From: Octopus sinensis
Lineage: Eukaryota
Direction: 5' to 3'
Assembly (NCBI RefSeq): GCF_006345805.1
Contig: NW_021825622.1
Location: 1 to 14,946, forward strand
Length of the DNA stretch: 14,946 nt
Part shown: positions 8,617 to 14,946 of the stretch, one piece after another
Position numbering within the stretch: position 1 is the stretch's first letter
How the letters are laid out: every line of letters begins with the position of its first letter
The notes under the pieces: model-generated
Database searches by the model: none
What the model saw: the letters and a program-made list of their open reading frames with translations, nothing else
Told to the model about the DNA's origin: nothing
Program-made: the position numbers and the translations under genes

Positions 8617-8676
<60 letters not shown>

Positions 8677-8750
8677 CTATCTATCTATCTATCTGTTTAT
8701 CTATTCATCTATCTATCTATCTGTTTATCTATCCATCTATCTATCTATTT
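8453..8750. repeat. Degenerate (TATC)n/(TCCA)n array
   Basis: Read directly, about 300 bp. Confidence 0.97.
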
Positions 8751-8752
8751 AT

Positions 8753-8795
8753 ACTGAACCCGTAACCACAAGGGTTGCAAAGCGGGCTTATCCAT
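8753..8795 (-). mobile_element. Short family B head fragment
   Basis: Minus strand ataagcccgctttgcaacccttgtggttacgggttcagt resembles family B heads (...gcttgct..caaccacatggtt.cgggttcagt). Confidence 0.5.
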
Positions 8796-9336
8796 TCTCT
8801 TTGTATATTCACGACAACACTGTTCTTGTTTATTAACAACCGTTCTCAAGCATATCATTATCAACAAATTAATCAGGGAAAATGAAAAGCTATAAAAACG
8901 TAAATGGGGGGGGGTAGAGAGCAGGAGAACATGAAAGCTTATATATTCTAGAGGGAAAACATATACAAACATCAAGTTGATAGCTTCTTTTTTTCTTTTA
9001 CGATATTATGTTCTATGAAAATACAGTTTTATTTCTTTTATAAACAGTGTGAAATATATCATAGTATATTTAATTTTAATTTATTTAGGTAGTATTTAAT
9101 TTCATTAATTATACGAATTATAAACTATTTCTTGACAACATTTATGTATACGCGTTGAGTAATAAAGTAAAATAAAATATCTTCTATATTCGGTTTATGG
9201 GAATTTATATTTCATTAAAAATTTCGTTGATGATTTGATCATAGTCATCTCGAAGTTACTGAATCACATTTTAGCGATTTTATTCACTAAATTTAGTATG
9301 TCCATAGGAATAAAAGGTGGTCTCTTTACAGTATAA

Positions 9337-9432
9337 TATTTTGGTGTCTTTACGATATAAAATGTTGGTGCGCAGACGATAGAAAATGTTGGTGCGCAGA
9401 CGATAGAAAATATTGGTGCGCAGACGATATAA
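9337..9432. repeat. 24-bp minisatellite, 3 near-identical units plus 1 degenerate unit
   Basis: AATGTTGGTGCGCAGACGATAGAA at 9361 and 9385, AATATTGGTGCGCAGACGATATAA at 9409, degenerate unit at 9337-9360. Confidence 0.93.
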
Positions 9433-9894
9433 AACTGTTGTAAGCATTTAGTTTAAAACTTAGTATGTATATTTAGTATTTTACGACATCTTTATACGAC
9501 TAGGTTTTATGCCTTCACGATAATAAATCTAGCGCTTTTAACGTATCAAATTTGAGGACTTAGCGGCATAAAATTTGATGTATTTGCATCTGAAAGGTTT
9601 GGTATCTTTCCCAGAATCATATTTGATGTCTCCACTTTTCAAATTCGATATTACTATATTGTCAAATTGTGTGTGCGTGTGTGTGAGAGAGAGAGCTAGA
9701 GCTAGAGATGGGGGTCTGGCGCTTCTCATTATCAAAACAAGAGTCTTCACACCTGTCAAATACCGTATTGTTTTCCATATTTATCAGACTTAGTATCTCC
9801 ATTGTATTCAAAGTATGGTGGTTCACCACGAAATAAAATTTGCTATAACTACAATATCAAAATGTTACGTAGTGTATTTTTATGTTTTACAAAT

Positions 9895-10045
9895 GATTTA
9901 GGTCATTGGCCTACAGCCATGCTGGAGCAACACTTTATAGGGTTTCCGTCGATCACTTCAATCGAAGTGTTTCTTTCAGCTTAGTACGTATATTATCGAT
10001 TTCACTTCATCAAACCGCTAAGTTATAGCACGGTTTTAGATCAAT
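9895..10045 (-). mobile_element. Old, diverged SINE family B 3' half
   Basis: ggtcattggcctacagccatgctggagcaacacttta and caaaccgctaagtta are reverse complements of family B 3' motifs (gtgctccagcatggccgcagtcaaatgactg; taacttagcggttcg). Confidence 0.65.
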
Positions 10046-10077
10046 GTAATCATCAATACACACGACGACACGGCAAC

Positions 10078-10149
10078 ACACATGTATAGACGCACACATA
10101 CACACACATACATACATACATACATACATACATACATACATACATACAT
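10078..10149. repeat. (CA)n/(TACA)n microsatellite
   Basis: Read directly. Confidence 0.93.
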
Positions 10150-10301
10150 AGTGGTTGTGTGGTAAGTAGCTTGCTTACCAACCACATGGTTTCGGGTTCA
10201 GTCCCACTGCGTGGCACCTTGGGCAAGTGTCTTCTACTATACCCATGAGCCGACAAAAGCCTTGTTAGTGGATTTGGTAGACGGAAACTGAAAGAAGCCC
10301 G

Positions 10302-10334
<33 letters not shown>
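10150..10334 (+). mobile_element. SINE family B 5' half ending in its internal (TA)n
   Basis: agtggttgtgtggtaagtagcttgcttaccaaccacatggtttcgggttcagtcccactgcgtggcaccttgggcaagtgtcttctactata...ggtagacggaaactgaaagaagcccgtc(TA)n, roughly 90% similar by eye to 13612-13770. Confidence 0.92.
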
Positions 10335-10338
<4 letters not shown>

Positions 10339-10418
10339 AACTCAGAACAGTGCGGCAGACGAAATTCTACTAAGCATTTCGCCCGGTGTGCTAACGCTTC
10401 TGCCAGCTCGCCACCTTA
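10335..10418 (-). mobile_element. SINE family C head fragment (to the B box)
   Basis: Minus strand taaggtggcgagctggcagaagcgttagcacaccgggcgaaatgcttag...gttctgagttcaaa. Confidence 0.88.
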
Positions 10419-10740
10419 TTCCCAACGATATATAATTATGAAAATACATCTGGATTAAAAAAATTTTTTTACCTCGAATACTACACAGTCCTGTAGAGCA
10501 AAATAAGAACAAGACTTGCTGTATTAGACAACGACCATGAAAATGCTTATAGAGAAGACACAATGAAGATACAACAAAGACAGATTTCGACAGATAAAAA
10601 AAAAAACAAGAGAAAAAAAGCCGCCGCCATTTTTCATTTTCATTTGTCAAACGATTTCATTTAAGAGAATTCTATAGAAACAATTATAGGAAACCGATAC
10701 AGCAAAATTCAAAGTATGTTCACATTGAAATTTTATTTAT

Positions 10741-10968
10741 CAATAATGGTTTCACGTTTTGGTACGAGGCCAGTAGTTTTGAGGGGGTGGGGGAAAAGTC
10801 GATTATATCTAATTCAGTGTTTAACTTGCTACTTATTTTATCGATCTCGAAAGGATGAAAGGCTAAGTCGTCTTGGGAGGAATTTGAACTCAGAATGTTA
10901 AGTCGGACGAAATGGCGCGAAGCATTTCTAGTACGGCGTGCTTACGATTAGGCCAGTTCGTCGCCTTA
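10741..10968 (-). mobile_element. SINE family C, near full length (array copy 1)
   Basis: Minus strand taaggcgacgaactggcctaatcgtaagcacgcc...ctgagttcaaattcc...cctttcatcctttcgagatcgataaaataagtagc...tggcctcgtaccaaaacgtgaaacc. Confidence 0.82.
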
Positions 10969-10977
10969 TTTTAGTCA

Positions 10978-11180
10978 TTAATAACTATTTCAAATGTTTC
11001 CCCACAAGGACAGCTTGAGGGAAGATGAGTCGATTACATCGACCCCAGTGTTCAACTGGTACTTATTTTATCGACTAAGAAAGGATGAAAGGCACAGTCG
11101 ACCTTGGTAGAATTTGAACTCAGAACGTAAAGACAGACGAAATACCGTTTAGCATTTCGTCCAGCAGGCTAACGATTCTC
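10978..11180 (-). mobile_element. SINE family C, head slightly truncated (array copy 2)
   Basis: gagtcgattacatcgaccccagtgttcaactggtacttattttatcgac...aaaggatgaaaggcacagtcgacc...gaatttgaactcagaacgtaaagacagacgaaatacc...gctaacgattct. Confidence 0.87.
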
Positions 11181-11331
11181 TTTTCTACTCTAGGCACAAA
11201 ACCCGAAATATTTTTGGTGGAGTGGGGGGGGGGTCTAGTCGATTAGATCTACCCTAGTACGCAACTGGTACTTAATTTATCGACCCCCGAAAGGATGAAA
11301 GGCAAAGTTGGCCTCGGTGGAATTTGAACTC
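11181..11331 (-). mobile_element. SINE family C, 5'-truncated at the B box (array copy 3)
   Basis: cttttctactctaggcacaa...tagtcgattagatc.accc.agtacgcaactggtacttaatttatcgacccccgaaaggatgaaaggcaaagt...ggaatttgaactca. Confidence 0.88.
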
Positions 11332-11541
11332 ATAGAATCTTTTCTACTCGAGGCACAAAGCCAGAAATTTTGGGAGAGGAGGCCAGTCGATTAGATCGGT
11401 ACCAGTACGCAACTGGTATTTAATTTTTCGATGCCGAAAGGATGAAAGGCAAAGTCGACCACGGCGGAATTTGAACTCAGAACGTAAAGACAGACGTAAT
11501 ACCGCCCGGCGTGCAAACGTTTCTGCCTGCTCACTGCCTTA
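11332..11541 (-). mobile_element. SINE family C, near full length (array copy 4)
   Basis: tttttctactcgaggcacaa...cagtacgcaactggta...aaaggatgaaaggcaaagtcgaccacggcggaatttgaactcagaacgtaaagacagacg...ctgcctgctcactgcctta. Confidence 0.88.
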
Positions 11542-11701
11542 AAAGAGGAGGGTTTACAATCTTTATCTGTATGTTGTATGTGTGTGTGTGTCTGTGTGTG
11601 TATTAGACCTGTCTATAATATACACCTTGTTCATGTACTGTGCTGACTGACGCCGATATTTCCACTTAAGTTTGTAATTCCTTTGCAGTAATGTAGAACA
11701 G

Positions 11702-11982
11702 GTGTGCGCGTGCGTGTGCGTGCCCGTATGTGTGTATGTGTCTGCTTATGTGTGTGTGTGTATGTGTCTATGGTTACAGATGTACATGTATATATGTTTA
11801 ATGTGTGTGGGGGCAGAGAGAGAGAGAGAGAGCGAAGAGAGATGGGGAGAGGGGAGAGACATTGTCTATATATATGTATATATCTATCTATATATGTATA
11901 TATTTATATATATAAATTCATGTATGTGTGTGTGTGTGTGTGTATGTGTCTATGGTTATATATGTACATGTATATATGTTTA

Positions 11983-12033
<51 letters not shown>

Positions 12034-12425
12034 TGTATTTGTGTACAAAGGCGTATACGTTTGAATGTTGATATTCGTGCATGTATGTACGTATGTGTGT
12101 ATCACTCAATCTAAATGTGTGTGCGGAGAGAGAGAGAGAGGGGGAGAGAGAGAAATGGAGAGAGGAGAGAGAGGGGGAGAGGGGAGAGAGATGGAGAGAG
12201 AGGAGAGAGAGGGGGAGAGGAGGAAAGGGAGAGAGAGGGAGAGAGAGATGGAGAGAGGAGAGAGAGAGGGGGAAAGGGGACAGAGGGAGAGAGGGTGGAG
12301 AGACATTGTCTATATATATATCATATATGTATATATCTATATCTATATCTAAATCTGTGTATATATATATATGTATGTGTGTATATATGTATATACAAAT
12401 TCGTGTGTGTGTGTGTGTGTGTGTA
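11702..12425. repeat. Compound (TG)n/(GA)n/(TA)n low-complexity array with an internal higher-order duplication
   Basis: Duplicated anchors tatgtgtctatggtta (11761, 11943), gagagacattgtctatatatat (11854, 12298) and aaattc (11914, 12397). Confidence 0.93.
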
Positions 12426-12601
12426 TAACTCTGTATGTAGCATCAGCTGAATCTCATAAACAAGCTCTTATACCAAACAGTAAACAAAATTCCATCGTTG
12501 TTGCACTGTAAATTTGGTCAATGTTATAATTCTCTGCAAAAGTCTTTTGCACCGAATCAAATAAAATACTTTATAAGCATTTGGTTACGTTTTTTTTTTT
12601 T

Positions 12602-12740
12602 TTACGTTCGGGGTTCAAATCCCGCCGTAGCAGACTTGGTGCTTCGTCGTTCTCTGATCGATAAAATAATGGTTCTACCCTATGCTGGGCTCGTTCCGAC
12701 CGAATATATCTCTCACTGGTACCACGGCTAAATTTTGTGA
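12602..12740 (+). mobile_element. Highly degraded family C-like SINE remnant
   Basis: ttacgttcggggttcaaatcccgccg.ag..gact...tcgataaaataa resembles the family C B-box region and core. Confidence 0.45.
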
Positions 12741-12804
12741 TGAATTTAAAATTAAATTTTTTTTATCTTTAAATGCTATTGGAATAATTTCAGATGGTGT
12801 GTAT

Positions 12805-13396
12805 CTGTGATTCTAAACCGGGGGCCACATGACCCTTAGGTGTCCCCATAAGACTTTGCCGTTAAAATTTATGCGCAATAAACTGATAATGCTTCAACTA
12901 AACACAAAATATTCTTACAGCATTTTTTCATGGAATTCCAAAAAATATTTAATCATAAAATTTTAACAGGATTTAAAAAAAATTTCAAACTTCAAATGGT
13001 TCCGAGGGTCTATCCGGGTAAAATAGGAATAAAGGTGATCCATAAGGAAAAAAAATAGTCGGGAACAGTGGCAGACTGGGTCTAAAAATATTGGTTGCCA
13101 GGAGACTAGGGGGCCCACCCGCGACTACAAGGGGTCCCACCCGCAACTACAATAGTATCATTTAATTTTTTTGTTTTTTTGTTAAAATTATTCTTTTCAA
13201 CTAACTACAAACACAGCCAGGCTGAAATAATTAATGCATTCTTCCAAGAGTGAATTTTAAAATTCTCAAACTTGAAGGGATGGGCCCCTTAGATACTAGC
13301 ACGGGCCCTCATATATGGAGTCTAATGGTGCAGGGGCTTACTTGCCATCGGGCAATCTGGCAACCTGGCCTGCCCGCCACTGGTTGGGAACCACTG
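12805..13396. mobile_element. hAT-type MITE (Charlie-like ends), about 267 bp net, containing a nested MITE
   Basis: Left end CTGTGATTCTAAAC (12805-12818) versus reverse complement of the right end CAGTGGTTCCCAAC (13383-13396), 10/14. 8-bp flanks GTGTGTAT (12797-12804) / ATGTATAT (13397-13404), 6/8 with both differences being transitions. CAGTGGTTCCCAA-type ends are typical of Charlie-group hATs. Confidence 0.65.
13066..13382. mobile_element. hAT-type MITE, 317 bp, with 8-bp TSD
   Basis: TIRs CAGTGGCAGACTGG (13066-13079) and reverse complement of 13369-13382 CAGTGGCGGGCAGG, 11/14. Subterminal inverted 9-mer GGTTGCCAG (13093-13101) / CTGGCAACC (13357-13365). TSD GTCGGGAA (13058-13065) / GTTGGGAA (13383-13390). 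Internal 21/22-bp tandem repeat at 13110-13152. Confidence 0.82.
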
Positions 13397-13405
13397 ATGT
13401 ATATA

Positions 13406-13603
13406 CGGGGTGGGGGTGTTGATAAGTTCCTGGCTTTAAGGGTATCGCACAGGGCTTCGTTGGAGACGCAACCTTTCGAGTTCATTTACAGGGCTTAGAA
13501 AAACTGAAGGACCGATGCAATACATGTGTGAATCGGAGAGGGGAATGTGTTGAATAAAATCATAATCAACTGATCCTTCTGTATTTTCTTTTACCCAAAA
13601 TCG
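13406..13603 (+). mobile_element. Mariner-derived internally deleted element (MITE) with transposase C-terminal remnant
   Basis: TA flanks at 13404-13405 and 13604-13605. Left end cggggtgggggtgttgataagttcctggcttt. 13486-13557 reads LQGLEKLKDRCNTCVNRRGECVE*, preceded across a frameshift by LETQPFEF, matching the mariner C-terminal pattern F...G..KL..RW.KC....G.YVE. Most of the right TIR appears deleted. Confidence 0.8.
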
Positions 13604-13610
13604 TATATAT

Positions 13611-14035
13611 GAGTGGCTGTGTGGTAAGTAGCTTGCTAACCAATCACATGGTTCCGGGTTCAGTCCCACTGCGTGGCATCTTGGGCAAGTGTCTTCTACT
13701 ATAGCCTCGGGCCGACCAATGCCTTGTGAGTGGATTTGGTAGACGGAAACTGAAAGAAGCCTGTCGTATATATGTATATATATATATGTATGTATGCGTG
13801 TTTGTGTGTCTGTGTTTGTCCCCCTAGCATCGCTTGACAACCGATGCTGGTGTGTTTACGTCTCCGTCACTTAGCGGTTCGGCAAAAGAGACCGATAGAA
13901 TAAGTACTGGGCTTACAAAAAGAATAAGTCCCGGGGTCGATTTGCTCGATTAAAAGGCGGTGCTCCAGTCAAATGACTGAAACAAATGGCCGCAGTCAAA
14001 TGACTGAACAAGTAAAAGAGTAAAAGAGTAAAAGA

Positions 14036-14037
<2 letters not shown>
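13611..14037 (+). mobile_element. Full-length SINE family B
   Basis: A box TGGCTGTGTGG, B box GGTTCAGTCCC, core gcatcttgggcaagtgtcttctactatagcc, internal (TA)n(TG)n, 3' unit ending cagtcaaatgactg and a (GTAAAAGA)n-like tail. Confidence 0.93.
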
Positions 14038-14093
<56 letters not shown>

Positions 14094-14112
14094 TAATTAA
14101 GACAGACAGACG

Positions 14113-14160
<48 letters not shown>

Positions 14161-14162
14161 TA

Positions 14163-14195
<33 letters not shown>

Positions 14196-14285
14196 CAGAG
14201 ACAGATATTACACATACATACAACCGTAACTGACAGAAAGAGTAAGAAAGCTAGGATGAGAGCGAGAGAGAGAAAAGGAGAGAGA
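14037..14285. repeat. (TA)n, (GACA)n/(GATA)n and GA-rich microsatellites
   Basis: (TA)n at about 14037-14099, (GATA)n at about 14114-14195, GA-rich to about 14285. Confidence 0.95.
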
Positions 14286-14650
14286 CAGAAAGGGACAGAG
14301 ATATGATTGATGTCAAATAAGTCAGCGCTTTTTGCAGTGTCACGTGCTTTCTGTAGAGGTGAGATGAGAGTTTACCTAAATAAATCCACCGTGCCTCCTA
14401 ATGAACTGGAGTTGATCTGAGGAGGGGAAATTAGCAGAGGAGAGATTAAAAAGATGGAGAGGAAAAGATAATAATACTTCATCACAAAATAAATATCCTC
14501 GGAGAATCACCGCCCACTGCGCGGTGCGTCTATACGGTGGTTAGATCTTGGGTGTTAGACTTAAGGATTAAACAGGTTAATCTAATGAGGTTTTTGAAAT
14601 AGGTTAACATTTCTGATATCGATCTGGTTGCTCTTTACGGTTCAATGAAC

Positions 14651-14690
14651 GTGAAAGCGCATGGCTTAGTGGTTAGGGGTATTTCGCTCA
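14651..14690 (+). mobile_element. SINE head D fragment, interrupted
   Basis: gtgaaagcgcatggcttagtggttaggggtatttcgctca matches the head at 3757-3792 (A box TGGCTTAGTGG). Confidence 0.7.
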
Positions 14691-14695
14691 TGAAA

Positions 14696-14855
14696 TAAGG
14701 CGGTGAGCTGGCATAAACGTTAGCACGCTGGGCGAAATGCGTAGCCGTATTTCGTCTGCCGTTACTACGTTCTGAGTTCAAATTCCGCCAAGGTCGACTT
14801 TGCCCTTCATCCTTTCGGGGTCGATTAAATAAGTACCAGTTACGCACTGGGGTCG
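14696..14855 (+). mobile_element. SINE family C, interrupted at its 3' end by a family B copy
   Basis: taaggcggtgagctggcataaacgttagcacgctgggcgaaatgc...gttctgagttcaaattccgccaaggtcgactttgcccttcatcctttcggggtcgattaaataagtaccagttacgcactggggtcg. Confidence 0.92.
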
Positions 14856-14946
14856 GAGTGGCTGTGTGGTAAGTAGCTTGCTAACCAACAACATGGTTCC
14901 GGGTTTAGTTCATTGTGCGTGGCATCTTGGGCAAGTGTCTTCTGCT
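14856..14946 (+). mobile_element. SINE family B head (runs off window)
   Basis: gagtggctgtgtggtaagtagcttgctaaccaac.acatggttccgggtt.ag...gcgtggcatcttgggcaagtgtcttct is nearly identical to 13611-13700. Confidence 0.92.

Noticed and set aside
7675-8836. ORFs with IYLS/SIYL repeats that look like repeat proteins
   Set aside because: Translated (TATC)n; only the 7883-8143 frame has recognisable protein signal.
9304-9322. Similarity ataggaataaa(a)ggtg.tc with 13023-13040
   Set aside because: Too short and AT-rich to show common origin.
9337-9432. 24-bp direct repeats as a possible CRISPR array
   Set aside because: Units are contiguous with no spacers, and the context is eukaryotic.
9538-9759. 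Minus-strand ORF with protein-looking stretch SNLKSGDIKYDSGKDTKPFRCKYIKFY
   Set aside because: No credible splice sites or family resemblance; its start runs through a microsatellite.
9895-10335. Geometry resembling a twin-priming 5' inversion of one family B element (3' half minus, microsatellite, 5' half plus)
   Set aside because: The 3' half is far more decayed than the near-consensus 5' half and no shared TSD is visible, so two insertions of different age are more likely.
11702-12450. Several 60-136 aa ORFs rich in VC/ER repeats
   Set aside because: Translated (TG)n, (GA)n and (TA)n tracts.
12474-12533. Possible 60-nt minus-strand exon
   Set aside because: Weak pyrimidine tract and weak donor (GTATAA).

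Overview
AT-rich, repeat-saturated eukaryotic non-coding DNA (intronic or intergenic) with no intact protein-coding gene. The repeat repertoire (several tRNA-headed SINE families, a mariner-derived MITE, very dense microsatellites) resembles what I recall of Octopus/coleoid cephalopod genomes; this is recognition, not a database result. Working family labels A-D are mine. Contents: about 20 full or partial tRNA-derived SINE copies (three with visible or plausible target-site duplications); a 5'-truncated L1/Tx1-type LINE 3' end (ORF2 C-terminus, 3'UTR, AATAAA) embedded in a (TATC)n array; a ~570-bp element embedded in an (ATT)n/(TAA)n array; a hAT-type MITE nested inside the terminal inverted repeat of a second hAT-type MITE; an abutting mariner MITE retaining the transposase C-terminus; a 24-bp minisatellite; and several compound microsatellites. 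Almost all ORFs in the supplied track are microsatellite or SINE artefacts. Three weak minus-strand splice/exon candidates could belong to a host gene. The most notable signal is the pair of neighbouring elements each flanked on both sides by one specific microsatellite, which suggests microsatellite-targeted retrotransposition.
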